A DNA stretch of 63,665 bases, filler included, from Rozella allomycis CSF55 (Eukaryota): assembly GCA_000442015.1 (NCBI GenBank). It is 4 parts of 4 records of this genome, joined end to end, with 100 filler letters (N's around TTAATTAATTAA, not from the genome) between each part and the next. Parts side by side here need not be neighbours in the genome. Positions count along the whole stretch, not along the records: positions 30,429 to 62,411 come from KE560613.1; 3 more parts are not named here. One strand, 5' to 3'. Below the pieces are notes generated by a model that made no database searches, was not told the DNA's origin, and worked only from the letters and a program-made list of their open reading frames with translations. Position numbers and translations under genes: made by a program. How positions within the stretch are numbered: position 1 is the stretch's first letter; each line of letters begins with the position of its first letter. Below are positions 33,986-47,370 of this stretch, in pieces.

Positions 33986-35701
33986 TTATTTTTGCATTGT
34001 CATGATCATTTCTGACACAATGTCACGCTCTGTCATGGGGTCCTCAGATAAATCAAAGTCAGAGTCTTCCAAAATGCCTTCCTCGTCATTATTTTCAATA
34101 ACATCTTTCAATTCGTCTAAAATCTAAATAATGTTTAGTACACTGCCATATTACTCCTTCAAGCTGTTCCTTTAGAGTTTGATACTCATTCATATTTTCT
34201 TCTACGATACTCAGAAGTGTAAAATATCTTTCTAATTTATGGCCAGATATTTTTTCGAATGTCTTGAATAAATTGGGAATTAGAAAAAGATACTGGTACT
34301 TCAAACGGTATTTGCTCTTCATATATTTTCTGATTAACTTCAGACACATTCCTAGTCTCTTTGGCCACCTTTTTGGACACATTTTCGACTCTTGTTTTCA
34401 GTTTTCTTTTCTTTTGTAATTCTTGTTTCTTGAGGTATTTATATGCATTTTCCTTTACTTAATAACCTGACTATTTTACCATATTCGTTACAACAACCGC
34501 AACTACCAAGTTGGCAAAAATAAAGGCCCCAATAATGATGAATGAACAAAAATAGATAGCCGCTGCCGTAAATTGACCTTTGTCTTCCAATGCATTAAAA
34601 ATATTAATCCATCCATCTTGCGTGATACAAACAAATAAAGAATAGAATGCTCATATAGTATTTACTTATATATGTTACCAGTCCCCAAATCCTTAAAGTA
34701 ATAGGGTAAATCATCGCCGAAAAGAGTTACTCCAGTGACTGCATAAATAAACATGACAATTAGCAATAAAAAGACAATGTTTGCCATATCTTTAAAGAGT
34801 TTTTTAACATTTAATACCCGGAAGCGACTTAAATACAGTTGCCACAATTACTTGCATTCCCTTAAAAGCATCCATGCTTCTTAAAGCTCTGAATGCCCTA
34901 AAAACACGAAAAAGTCTTAGAATTCTTCCGCTGCTCAAAGCTTGAAAGGCTTTTACAATTTACAGAAAAAATCAATTACAGGGACCTAATAGTGTGATAA
35001 AAACTAAAGTGAAATCGAAAACATTCCATCCGCTTCTCCAGTAGTTAATAAAGCTATGATACCATTTGATTACGACTTCCATTATAAATATTCCCAGAAA
35101 AACATTCTCCAAGATTGGGATGACACTCTGATTGTTGGCTGACCACGTAGGGTCCACTTGGAGGGCCAGAAATACCGCATTCGCTGATATTACCGCCATC
35201 ATCACTGATCTGAAGTATTCTCCTTCTACCAATCTTCCTGCTAGATCTCTTGTTATTTGTGATTTAAACGTATTGTCGTCGATATCCACAATATTTAAAA
35301 AGTTCAAAAACTGACCTTCATTCTTAAGAAAGAGCTAACGTTTAAATACATGTAACATTTTACGATCTTCTGTGCTTGATTAAATATTTTTCCACGGATT
35401 TTTTCATAACCTTTAACGATCGACGATACATATGAGCCGGTAACGTTTCCGACTGGTTGTTCGTCAACTGGGAGAATTAAAGTTCTCCTAACAGCATTAT
35501 CGAAACCATTAATAATTGAATCGTAGGTTTCTTCTGACACATTAACTTTAGGCTATTGAAACAGCTGCCCTAAAACATTACTAGTTTGAATGCATGAGGT
35601 GCAACCTCTTCTTCTTCGGTTTCAAATTTCGAATTGGCTTTTAAAGGTATGTCCGACCCATTCGTTGTTGAAACTAATGATTGTTGACCGCTTAGAGGCA
35701 T
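33986..35701 (-). CDS. CatSper-type single-domain cation channel alpha subunit (CATSPER4-like)
   Basis: 6TM channel: WRSGWNVFDF, S4 RILRLFRVFRAFRALRS, pore FYSLFVCITQDGW, S6 FIIIGAFIFANLVVAVVVTNM; ~8 introns. Confidence 0.8.
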
Positions 35702-35752
35702 TGTAAATTAGTAATGGTGGCTGATAATAAGTTAACCAATTTTATTTATTAT

Positions 35753-36498
35753 TTATAAACTTTGCTTCATCCTGGTGGCGACATTTTTTAAGTTACCATA
35801 TACTTTGCCAGGAGGAGATCCCAAAATCAATGAAACTATGGCTCTTTTAGCAAGAATGGTGTTTTGGTAAGAGCCAAGAATATGAATTTTCGAGTCAGCT
35901 ACAACTATTCTTGTTCTCGTCGCATTTTCAATAGCAAACTTAGTTTTGCCGCTTTTTCCCGCCACTCTCCCAATAGCTCTTGACATGTGGTCTCCAGTGA
36001 GGGATTTTACTTAATTTTATCTTAAAACATAATATTACCGTCCCTGATCTCAAAAGAATCAATGTACAACTCATCTAAACGTAAAAGGGCGATTGCGTCA
36101 TCTACATCAAATCCTAGCGTAAAGGCTCGAACAAAATCCGCCCCCTTCTGTAATGATGAATTTTCAGTTGAATCTTCTGAAGTCTATTCTTAAATAGATT
36201 TGAACATTACGCGTAGCTCTACACATCTTCTTTTGACATTCATACGAACTTGTAATTTCATATAATCCACAAGAGGTTCATATATCTTTAGCCAATTTTG
36301 TCTTAAAGGTGTTATACGATTGTGAGGCACTGGAATTTTGCGATATTCGACATCTACAGCCTAACAAACTTTTACAAATAAGATTACTTGCATCTCCTTG
36401 GCAGACAATGCAGGAAACATAGGGCCATCTACTTGCATATCTGATATTTCTTTAATTTCTTTGTTTATATCCTCTGGAAGAATGACCAAGTCTGTCAT
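35753..36498 (-). CDS. PNO1: Pre-rRNA processing KH protein Pno1/Dim2
   Basis: [67 protein letters not shown]. Confidence 0.96.
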
Positions 36499-36652
36499 AC
36501 AGAAAACTAACTATGCCACTTTCTTTTTCAAAGATAAAAATATTCAAAGTACGATCTCGATTAGTATTATAACAGTATAAAAAGATATTATTTAAAATAA
36601 GGAAGCAGTTTCTAACAAATTCATATTAAAAGGTATTGCTTTGGAAAAAAAA

Positions 36653-36726
36653 TGTTCTGATCCAGGATCGAACTGGAGACCTTTCGCATGTAAAGCGAAC
36701 GTGATAACCAACTACACCATCAGAAC
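36653..36726 (-). tRNA. tRNA-Val(TAC)
   Basis: GTTCTGATGGTGTAGTTGGTTATCACGTTCGCTTTACATGCGAAAGGTCTCCAGTTCGATCCTGGATCAGAACA, poly-T after. Confidence 0.96.
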
Positions 36727-36920
36727 CGATGTTGTGGTTTTAAATCAATTACTTATTTAATGTACTTTGCAAATAGTGAGTTTCCAGAACATAGGTCAAT
36801 CTCCCTAGACCATACGGTGATTTATCATGCAATTCTCCTAACATTAAATAATGATTGTATTTACAATGGTGAAATAGTGTGTTATGACTTGCTATTTTGA
36901 GCTGACCCCCTTTGTTTCAC

Positions 36921-37526
36921 ATGTTGCTTCCTTTTCTACTCTTTATAAACGCCGTTATTGGATCCGGTATTGGTTCAAGCGTGTGTTCTGTAACTGAAAC
37001 TCAGATGAAGAAGGCATTTAATGCTGGGAGCACAAACTTGGGGTTCTCTTTGAAGTCGAGTTCAAAAAAGGTTTCAAGTGGACATAAAATCATTGTTAGT
37101 ATCGAAAACCGCAATAATTCAACGTCAATTTTCGACGAAATTCTGGTTTGGGTCAATCATGGAACTTTGTTGCTCCCAAACAAGACAAGATTTCAACGTC
37201 CATCTTGTGATGGTCGGAAAAATCATTCCTTCATTCAAAAGGCTAAACTTGATAAAGTTGGACTCAAGTCATTTAAGATTAAAGCACCCAAGAAGGCCGG
37301 GTTTATTACAGTCTCCGCGGCAATAGTCAAAAATGGCAAATGGCAAGTCCTGAAGCCCATAAAAATTACCGTGAAGAAATCAAAGATGAATAACAAGATA
37401 AAGTTGCACGCAAACAATACAGATTCAGGATCCGTTACTGCGCATCCTGTAAAAAGCAACAGCTCTAAAATTACACACTCTGTGTATTTTTGGATGGCAT
37501 CTATTTTCTTGTATTTTTTTCTATAA
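36921..37526 (+). CDS. Secreted/GPI-anchored Reeler-like domain protein (paralog 1)
   Basis: Signal peptide, C..TE..M, ILVW..GTL, KAPKKAGFITVSAAIVK..W, hydrophobic C-terminal tail. Confidence 0.65.
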   Translation: MLLPFLLFINAVIGSGIGSSVCSVTETQMKKAFNAGSTNLGFSLKSSSKKVSSGHKIIVSIENRNNSTSIFDEILVWVNHGTLLLPNKTRFQRPSCDGRKNHSFIQKAKLDKVGLKSFKIKAPKKAGFITVSAAIVKNGKWQVLKPIKITVKKSKMNNKIKLHANNTDSGSVTAHPVKSNSSKITHSVYFWMASIFLYFFL

Positions 37527-37579
37527 ATAAAACTGCATTTGTATTTTAGGAGTTCCCCCGATTGTTTCATATACAACGC

Positions 37580-38173
37580 ATGGAGATTTCATATTCAATT
37601 ATATTTCTATTGATCCATATGGTCTTTTCTTTTCCAAACGGATCTCCAGACTGCAAAGTAACAGAAAAGGGTATGCTTTCAGGAATGGGTGGATCCAACA
37701 TCCCAGGCCTTTACAAAGTAAAAGCGTCAAAAACAACAGTTTCTACAGGGGAAAAGATAAAAATCGAAATATCCGGAGAACAAATGAAGGGAGTTTTGGT
37801 ATGGTCCACGTCGGGGACTTTGGAAATCCCAAAAGGATTCAAAAAGCCTGCAAAATGCACTGCCAAAGAAGGCGAAGTCTCATCTTCATTTACACAAGCT
37901 AGCGGATTGTCAATTTCAGATCTATCCTTCAATTTCACGGCACCACAAAACGGAACAGCGAAAATTCATGCAGTAATTGTTAAAGACTTGAACTCTTGGG
38001 AAATAATAACTCCGATAAGTATTAAAATTGATTCTACGAAGAAATCCACAAACAGTACAGCTTCTGCATCAAAAGGAAAAGCAGTACCAAAAAGTCTCTC
38101 TTCGACAATGTCTATGGATTTATCCTTTTACTTTTTCATGGTTCTTTCTTTTATTGCAATCGTTAACATCTAA
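37580..38173 (+). CDS. Secreted/GPI-anchored Reeler-like domain protein (paralog 2)
   Basis: Signal peptide then FPNGSPDC, GEKIKIEISG..MKGVLV, FTAPQNGTAKIHAVIVK; S/T linker and hydrophobic tail. Confidence 0.7.
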   Translation: MEISYSIIFLLIHMVFSFPNGSPDCKVTEKGMLSGMGGSNIPGLYKVKASKTTVSTGEKIKIEISGEQMKGVLVWSTSGTLEIPKGFKKPAKCTAKEGEVSSSFTQASGLSISDLSFNFTAPQNGTAKIHAVIVKDLNSWEIITPISIKIDSTKKSTNSTASASKGKAVPKSLSSTMSMDLSFYFFMVLSFIAIVNI

Positions 38174-38242
38174 ATAAAGTTAAATTGTTTGACTACATTC
38201 GATTAATTTGATAGTATCCTGTTCAGCCACCCAGTAGTAGAG

Positions 38243-39556
38243 ATGAGCGACAAAGTTGTTGTTTGCGATAACGGAACAGGAGTAATTTTTGTAAGCAATG
38301 AATATAGTTTGTTAAATGTGGCTTCTCTGGTTCAAATTTTCCAGCCGCAATATTTCCTTCGGTTGTTGGTAGACCAATTTTGCGAGCTGAAGAGGCTATG
38401 CAAGAATTCAAAGATTTGAAAGATATAATTGTTGGAGAAGAAGCGTCTCAAAAGCGTTCGGCACTCCAGCTCTCATACCCCATGACAAATGGAATAGATC
38501 AGAATTGGGAAGACATGAAGCACGTTTGGAATCATACTTTTTACGATGTGCTAAAGATTGATCCTAAGGAATGTAAAATTTTGCTTACTGAACCACCCAT
38601 GAACCCTAAAAAGAATAGAGAAAAAATGATTGAAACGATGTTTGAGGAATATGGATTTAAGGGAGTCTATATTGCAATTCAAGCGGTATTAACACTTTAT
38701 GCCCAAGGTATTCTGCAAGTTAATTGATGATTAAGGTCTTTTAACTGGTGTTGTTGTAGATTCAGGTGATGGAGTAACTCACATTGTTCCTGTTTATGAT
38801 GGGTTTGCGTTACCTCATTTAACAAGGAGGCTGGATGTAGCGGGAAGAAATGTAACTGAATATTTGATAAAATTGTTATTACTGAGAGGATACGCTTTTA
38901 ACAGAACCGCAGACTTTGAAACAGTGCGACAAATTAAAGAAAAGCTGTGCTATGTAGCGTAAATGATAATTGTATTTTGATATAGATATGATTTGGAATT
39001 AGAGCAAAAATTGGCTCAAGAAACAACAGTGCTAGTGGAGAATTACACAGTAAGTTATTTATTGGGGTGATTACAGCTTCCTGATGGGCGGATTATTAAA
39101 GTAGGACAAGAAAGATTTGAAGCCTCTGAAGCTCTATTTCAACCTCATTTAGTGGATATTGAGTCTCCTGGTGTTGCTGAATTACTTTATAATACTATTC
39201 AATCAGCAGACATGGACATTAGATCAGAGCTATACAAGCACATCGTTCTTTCTGGGGGAAGCTCAATGTATCCTGGACTTCCATCAAGACTTGAGAAAGA
39301 AGTCAAACAACTTTATCTTTCAAGAACCCTCAAAGGAGACACCACTCGCCTATCAGTAAAATGAAACTTTCCTTTTAAAAAGAAATTTAAAATTAGAATT
39401 GAAGATCCTCCACGAAGAAAACACATGGTCTTTCTAGGTGGTGCCGTTCTAGCTGAAATCATGAAAGACAAGGAAAGTTTCTGGATTTCAAAGCAAGAGT
39501 ACGAAGAGCAAGGCCTGAGATGCTTAGAAAAGTTGGGTGTAGTTGGCAACGTCTAA
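38243..39556 (+). CDS. ARP2: Actin-related protein 2
   Basis: [86 protein letters not shown]; 5 introns. Confidence 0.98.
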
Positions 39557-39563
39557 ATAAACA

Positions 39564-40617
39564 TTAAAGATATTTTATTGGTAACCTTAAAGTCCCCAAA
39601 TCATCCCATTCATTGAAATATTGTTCAAATGAAAGAGTGCTAGCCCATTGGTGCAAATCTTCTTCAAAGAAATTTTCAGTAACCCCATCTGAATATGAAA
39701 TAGTCTCTGAATTAACATCAGCGTTTGATGAATCTCTCATTGGTAAACACGAAGCTTTAATCAATTTGTCAGTATCATCCTCAGTGCCTCCAAGTCCATA
39801 TATTTTCTTCATTTTCTCTATTCTTTTCCTTCTTTTATTTTTATTTGTTACAGCTCTGTAAATAATCATCTACCTTTATTACTTGTTAAATGTCATTGGG
39901 TATTCTACTCGATTCTGGTCATGCTTATTCGCTATTTGCATTATTTCTTCATCAATAAAAGATATAAGATTATTTCGCTTCACTTTTGTAGACCAATAAC
40001 TTGAATTCATCACTTTCTTAAGCATCAATCAATTTAATTACAGTCTAGATTTAACTCGCGCCAAGTATTGCCTCTTCCTCCAAGTTCTTGTGGTCTTTCA
40101 TCAAGGCTATTCAAGTATCGAATATATTCTTTAGCATTTGTAGCATCGTACAAGTCGTGGATTTCCGGATGCTTTTCATTAACAAACTTTTCAAATATAA
40201 TCTTTTCAAGATACTTCCTTGTTCCCATCTCGCGGAAAGATTGGAAATCTGCCTAATTTATTATAAATTGTTTCAATACCTTTGACCCAGTCAAGATTAT
40301 TTTATGACCACTGAAATATTGAACACTATTCGTCTGTGTAAAGATTTTAAATACAATAACAGGCGGAAACGAAATACCAGATAATCGAAATCGTATTCTG
40401 GCGTTACTTGTTGGGTCACTAATAATTTCCGCTTCCTGAGTGTTCAACCGCTTGATTAATGCTTTTGTAAGGAGGAATTCCTAAATTGATCATTGTATTC
40501 TATTACCGCTCGTCTTAAAGACTCTTTTATGGCGTAGAATATCCTTTTCTCTTTAAACGAGATCCAATTTCTCCAAATTAGTTTTGCAGATTCCTTTCTA
40601 ATCAAAAAGGTGTCCAT
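39564..40617 (-). CDS. CXorf58/C11orf65-like protein (ciliated-lineage family)
   Basis: RLNTQEAEIISDP..RIRFRLSGISFPPVIVFKIF, LMGTRKY, LDERPQELGGRGNTWREL, LHQWASTLSFEQY; 4 introns. Confidence 0.7.
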
Positions 40618-41105
40618 CGTTTCGTAAAGTTTGTCTAACCTACAAATATTTTGATTTCTTATTACATATTTTTAGGAATTTGGGAATCGTTGTGTGCATA
40701 TTCATTATTCTCAAATCCTAAGGCATTTAAATCGCTTTGCCCAAGCATCTCGGTCATTGATTAGTATCCAAGGAAACAACATGGAGTCAAAATTTGACTA
40801 ATCATCCTATAGCGTTTGTTAAATATATTGATGGTTTCACTGTAAGTCTGAAACAATTTAAGGTGGATTTGTTGCAGAGATGACAAAAAGTACTTAAATG
40901 ATGGTTCCCAAGTGTGTGTAATAAAGTTGCAATCCCTCAGAGTTTTGAAAATAGATGATAGATTCAGGATAAAAACATGATCAATTGCAAGGGTCAATAA
41001 TGCCACAAATTGCAAGGGTCAATTCCACTATGTCACGTCAGCCTCACCATTATACGCTATTGCTTTGATGGAAATAAAAGAAATTTTTAAATTAGCTTTA
41101 TATAT

Positions 41106-42244
41106 TTAGATCCAAATACATTTAACGTCGTTTTCATCCAAGCCTACATCAAGTCCTGCTTTTCGATTCCTGTCCAGTACTTTGACATCTTTACTTTTCA
41201 TTATTGGATAGTGAAACATGAATAAAATTGGTTCCAGCCATGAAAATATATATCTTTGGAAATAATAATGCTTCTTTTCGTAGCCAATCTAAAAGTATAC
41301 GAATTTCGTAAAACGTACTCTGATGCTCGGATTTATGAAAATGTCTTTTGCCCCAAGTTTGCGCAAATCAGAATGTATAATGCAACACTCGGTGGCGTCA
41401 AAAGTTATGTCATTAACCGTCCTCGTCGGAAAAAATCGAAAGCGTAATTCATGCGCGTAAAACCAATGTGCTTTGAAAACGACTGCCCCATTCCAACAAG
41501 CATAAACGGGAGCTGGATTGAATTGACGAAACTCCCTGACTGTGTCTGGTGAACTAAAGTATGGGAAGAATTCGGAAGATGCTGGATTCCCGTCACTATC
41601 CCTTGTAGCAAACTGATCGTAAAACGTCCAATAGTAATCCATTGGACAAACGGCATCGTAGTTACCATTTCTCGTCATAATTAGTTCTAATAGGTCATCT
41701 AGATTGAAATATACATCATTTAAAAAAATAATGAAATCATATTTGACGTTCAATTGATACAAAGAATCCAGAGCTTGATTTCTGACATCTGCCAGAAAAT
41801 CGATTCGATAGCGTCTTCCCCGCGTTGAACCGTTCAGTGTTATTGAGTTGGATATACTTCGTTCATTCAATTTACTTTTGAAATCTTCAAGAAGTTCGAC
41901 TGTTTTGTCATTGCTACACAACATGCCATAGTGTGTATTACCTGCCGCTTTCGTAAATTGAAACATGTACATTTTGATTTCCGACATAATTTGAAAACTT
42001 CAAAAGTGTGCTACACCATTTTGGCAAAACCTCTTGATTATTGTGTAGATTTGCGGCTATGAAATATTTCTTTGATTTTAAGTAATCAATATTCAATGAT
42101 ACGTTGCTAAATTCAGGTAGTATTTTTTAAACACCTTCTCTTGGAGTAAAGTTTATAGTTTGTTTGTAGCACAATTAAAACGAATACAATTGCCAGGCCA
42201 TTCAGTATTTTTTGAACCCACCTCCTCAAGTTGCGCTTTTTCAT
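41106..42244 (-). CDS. Alpha-1,3-mannosyltransferase, CAP59/CMT1 family (GT69)
   Basis: Type II TM anchor, IAANLHNN, VSIYESGSNDKT, LADVRNQAL, IIFLNDVYF, FYDQFATRD, PVYACWNG, ECCIIHSD. Confidence 0.92.
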
Positions 42245-42470
42245 GAAAATTTCCTTTTGAATCTCAATATGGTTAACATGAATTTTAATGCATTTTCGAA
42301 GATATAAAAATAGAAAAAAAGGATTAAGTTTATTCCGCATCTTTATTATTAACATTATCTAAAATTTGATGATTATGATCTGATTGAGAATCTTCATGTT
42401 CAACAAACTGCTTTGTTTTGGAATTGAAATGCTTTTTCATAAATTTTTGGATTTTGGTTGCCGCGGAATT

Positions 42471-43709
42471 CTATTTGAATTTTTGGCGCAAAGTTACTAC
42501 TGAATTCCTTCTTTTCCCTCTAGTATTTGTGTCAGAATCATCAATATGAGTCATTGGTATTTCTTCCTCTGTCAAGTCTTGTAAATTTTCGGTCTTTGAT
42601 GGAATTTCGTGAGCAGAAGAATCAGTCTGTATTTCTTTTACAAACTTTACATTTTCTTCCGCGATATTCATCAATTCTAACATCTTTATGTTAAAAGCAC
42701 CTAATTTTACCTCATTAATATCGCCGACATTTTCATAATTCAAATCGATTGAGGTTTCCAACAAACGTTCATTAAGAATGAAACTTCCTTCACGCGATGA
42801 GTGAACCTTTTGACATGCGATTAAAGCTCTTTTTAATCCTTCTATTTGTTTATTAATATCTTTCAAAAGTCCTTTCATCAATTTATTTTCNCATTCAAAT
42901 CGACTGAGGTTTCCAACACGCGTTCATTAAGAATGAAACTTCCTTCACGCGATGATTGAACTTTTTGACACGCGATTAAAGCTCTTTTTAGTCCATCTAT
43001 TTGTTTATTAATATCTTTCAAAAGTCCTTTCATCAATTTATTTTCCATTTCAAGTCGTCGAATTCGTATTTTATCACAATGGTTTAGAAGAAACCGCCTG
43101 CAATACGACTGTAATTGAACAGCGAATTTATGCCCCATATCGTATCTCTCTTTATAGTAAGATACTTCATCTTGCTTCCATTTATGTACTTCGTCATTCT
43201 TTGAGTCATTGGAGTAAGCATTTCGAATGATTACATCAACAACCTTTACCAGATCATTTTCTGAAATATACACGACTCTATTTAGTTTGCACACAAGAAG
43301 GTCGTCTGAATATTTCTTCCTAATCTATGCATTTTATTTTGAATTTCTTACCAAGTAACCTCGTATTAATTTTTGGATTTTAATGGCCTGCACTTTGCAA
43401 AAAATTAACTCCCGTTCTATTATTTTCTGAAACTCTGTTTTTAAAAAGTAGACTTCTTTTTCAATTCTAGAAAGATTGTGTGTAAAGTGAATAGAAGCTT
43501 TTGGCTCTATTTTTCACTAATATATTTCATACCATTTGAAATTCTTGTAAAATCACGACTGCTTTTGAGGGGAATCATTTTGGAAGATGAAGAAAGCCTT
43601 TCACTCGAAGGACTAGTCGACTATTTTATAAATAATTACGTCGAAGATCTAGAAGTATTGTTACTCTAAGATTAACTTAACATTCTCTATTTACATTAGA
43701 CCAGTCCAT
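42471..43709 (-). CDS. IQ-motif coiled-coil protein (internal duplication at N 42891)
   Basis: AIKIQKLIRGYL-IRKKY and AVQLQSYCRRFL IQ-like motifs; small GT-AG introns. Confidence 0.6.
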
Positions 43710-43785
43710 TACGAAATTTCATAATCCAGGCAGTAAATCCATCTGATTCCAAGACCCTGGTTTAATTTAGGTGTCTCGACTATAA

Positions 43786-44412
43786 ATGGTTGTGCCAAAG
43801 AACATCAAGCTTACATACTTTGCTGGTAAGGGGAGGGCAGAACCAACTAGGCTTGCCTTTCACATTGGTGGTGTTGCTTTTCAAGACGAAAGAGTGAAGG
43901 GAGAAGAATTTGCCAAAATTAAACCTACTCTTCCATTAGGACAACTTCCAATAATAACAATTGACGGCACTGTCATCGCACAATCTCTTGGAATTCTTCG
44001 TTACGCAGGTACATTGACAGGCCTTTATCCAAACAATGATCCATTGAAAGCTCTTCTAGTCGACCAAATTGTATTTAGTCTTGGAGATGTCACTGATATG
44101 CTCGTTCCAACTTTCGGAATCCAAGATTTAGATCAAAGAATCAAAGCTCGCAAGGAAATCGTTGAGAACAGGTGGCCAGCACTATTTAAAGGAATTGAAG
44201 AAGCGTTAAAGAAACATGGAGGCAAATATTGCGTAGGCGATAATTTGACTGTAGCAGACCTTTCATTATACACTCTTGTTGAAGGGCTAAAGTCTGGAAT
44301 TTTGGATGGAGTCCCAAAGAATGTTGTGGAACCTTATCCATTAATGACTAAGTTTAGTAATCAAGTAGCAAATCACCCAAAAGTTGTTGAGTGGGAAAAG
44401 GCTCATCAATAA
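43786..44412 (+). CDS. Glutathione S-transferase (sigma-like)
   Basis: KLTYFAGKGRAEPTRL, PLGQLP, QSLGILRY, VGDNLTVADL. Confidence 0.95.
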   Translation: MVVPKNIKLTYFAGKGRAEPTRLAFHIGGVAFQDERVKGEEFAKIKPTLPLGQLPIITIDGTVIAQSLGILRYAGTLTGLYPNNDPLKALLVDQIVFSLGDVTDMLVPTFGIQDLDQRIKARKEIVENRWPALFKGIEEALKKHGGKYCVGDNLTVADLSLYTLVEGLKSGILDGVPKNVVEPYPLMTKFSNQVANHPKVVEWEKAHQ

Positions 44413-44435
44413 ATTTTTTAGTTTTTAACTTTTTA

Positions 44436-45975
44436 TTAAACATTTCGTTCTGCGTTTAAATCATTTGAAGAGTCTCGAAATTCTTGGGCTATTTGTTCAG
44501 CAATGACTTTTGAAGAAGATACGCATTCTCTTAAGGACACTCCGCCTTTCCAGCACCCAGTAGCCAGCAAATTACCATCATATTCATCATTTAACATGTT
44601 TACAATATCTTTTATCCTTTGTTCATGACCTAAATAATATTGTGGTATACATTTTCTTTGTATATTCAAAGATGCAGAGATTGGTTTGACATTTGAAGGG
44701 ATATTTAGATATTTTGAAATTTCTTGAATTGCCGTTCCAAAAATAACTTTTTCTAATTCCTCCCCTTTGAAACGACCAAAATATTTTTCAAATAGAAACC
44801 CTCCTAACAAGACGCAAAAGTTTGTTGCGGACGAATCCCAACCAAAGATATGTGAATTATTTATGCATCCAAGAACTGGAGTGTCTTCAGTTGATGAACA
44901 CTAGACAAAAATTAAATGAAATTCATTACGAGAAATCCAAAATGAGGTAACGACTGCTTTACGTTAGAATCGTTGTAAATCAAATTGACAATTCCTACAT
45001 CAACATACTCAATAGAGTTTAATGCGTTTTGCAAAGGTTCGTCTTGTAACATTCGACTCAAGCTGAACGATGGTACAGATGAAATAACTTTATCATAACA
45101 TTGTACTCTGTGAGCCGAAGGTGAAGAAACCTATCCATCTATTGTTATTAAGTGAATTACCTTGACTTGCCCTTGTGAATATCTTAGCTGTTCAACTTTA
45201 GCATCTTTAAATATTCGCACATTCTTTCTTAAAAGATAACTCTCAAGTCCTTGACATAAGGATTCCATGCCATTTTTCATTCCAAAGATCACTTCGTTTT
45301 TTAGTATTTCATTCATATATTCATCATTGGTTTCTTGCTGATTCGGATTAATTTTTTTCTTTATATATCTTATCAGTGATCCTCTAGATATCGACCCATA
45401 CGCTTGATCAAGTTCAAAGAGTTTTGGCTGGACGCACTTAACACTTATTCGGCGAGAATCCCCAGCAACAATACCTTTAGTTAATGCCGAGAACATAATT
45501 TCTGCTGGCCACACACCCGCTTTTCTGGTAATGAAGTCATGGGTTGTTTCGTCCTCTAATACCCCTCTTGTTGAAAAGAAATCTTTCGCCAGCCCTTTCA
45601 ACATTGGAAAGAAAAACTTTTTTCCCAATATGTTAAATGGATAAACTTGTCCATCTATGACCATGGCTGTGGAGCGTCTGTCTATGGAAATGAACTTTAG
45701 ACTGTTGGACATTCCAATATCTCGTATCTCTTAATATTTATATAATCAATTACCATATCTAGTATGTCAATAGACCCTTTGTTGATATGCACTGTCCTTG
45801 GCCCATTTTCAATGAACATGTTTGATTTGTGCAATTTCGACTGGATCCAACCACCCGTTCTATTTGAAGCTTCGTATACATCAATAGCAGCGTTAGGAAT
45901 ATATCGCTTAATAAAAAATGCACTTGAAAGTCCTGATATACCCCCTCCAATTACAGCAATTGATGGCGCTGACAT
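44436..45975 (-). CDS. HEM14: Protoporphyrinogen oxidase
   Basis: IAVIGGGISGLS FAD motif, EASNRTGGWIQS, ENGPRT, CIPQYYLGH, GVSLRECV; 3 introns. Confidence 0.9.
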
Positions 45976-46150
45976 TGCAAATCGTAAATATCTAAAATCT
46001 AGATCAAATGGAAACTTAAGAAACTGTATAAATATGTCAAGTAACCAAAAATATATAGAATTAAGAAATTGTAATTAAAATGTAAAAGCATATAATGTCA
46101 AAATGGTGTAGAATTTATTTNAAGCATATTATGTCAAAATGGTGTAGAAT

Positions 46151-47370
46151 TTATTTTCTGTAAGGCGAACGAGACCTTCGCCGAGATTTCGTTTTGTTTC
46201 TGGAATTTGTTTCGTGCTCAAAAAGCATATCGTAACTAATTATTGGCATTCATTGAACTTACTCATTTTTATCTTGATACCTTTTCTTTAGTTTATATGA
46301 AGGCTTTCGCCTTTCCTCAGTAAATGGTTGATAGCTATGAAGTGATTGAGAAAAATCAACATGTATTCTCCTGTCATCGATTAAAACATTTTCCATCTTG
46401 AAATAGGCTTCCTCACAATCATCCTTATTTTCAAACTCTATAAACCCGAACCCTGTGTACATAAATTAAGTCACTTACCTAAACTTTCACCCGTCTTGGA
46501 ATCTTTCACGATTTCACACTTATTTATTGACCCGAATCTAGAAAAGATCAATTCCAAATCTTCATCCCTCGTGACAGGGTTCAATTTACAAACAAACAAG
46601 ACATTCTCAGGAGGAGCAGCATCTGCTTCAGGCAAGTCTCCAAGCATTTCCAGAGTCAAGGCATTTGCTCTAGCCTCTTGCTCACGTTGCCTTTTCTCCA
46701 AAACTTCCAATGGTATTTCATTAATTGGTGTAACTTCTTCATCTGGCGCTATTCTCACCGTCTTTTATGTATTTAATCATTTCTTACACTCAACATTTCA
46801 GGAGTTGGAGAAGGTGATCTTGATGGTTCTTCAAGTCCTTTAGGATCAGGAAACTCATCTTCCAAGATGACAGTATGTTTTATTCTAAATTCAAAAACTT
46901 CTTTTGAAATACCTGATGTCTTTGTAGGGTCTGCCGTCTCCATCCACAAGTGCCTTGTTAATTTGTTCCAGAATATCAAATCCTTCTGAAACCTGGCCGA
47001 AAACAACTTGTCTTTCATCCAAATCTTCCAAATCATCATTCAAAGTGATATAAAACTGAGAACCATACCTACCGGACCCCATATCGACCATACCAACAGT
47101 TCCACGTTTTGAATGCCGTAGTTTGGGGTTGACGCTCTCTTTGAAATATTTTTCACCGCCAAGAATACCAAAAATTGACGATCCGCCATTTCCTGTAGCA
47201 GTGGGATCCCCCACTTGAACTACAAAGTCTTTTTGGACGTTGAAGAAGGGGCAAAAATTGTAGAATTTGATCTTGCATAGTTTTAAAAAATTTAGACATG
47301 TTTTGGGACTTTCTTTGACGTGGAGGTCGATAACAATGTCGCCGTGCGTTGTTTCCAAAAGAACTGACAT
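46151..47370 (-). CDS. PPIL4: Cyclophilin-RRM protein
   Basis: [58 protein letters not shown]; 4 introns. Confidence 0.96.

Noticed and set aside
40983-41023. 16-bp direct repeat aattgcaagggtcaat x2
   Set aside because: Isolated short duplication with no further structure
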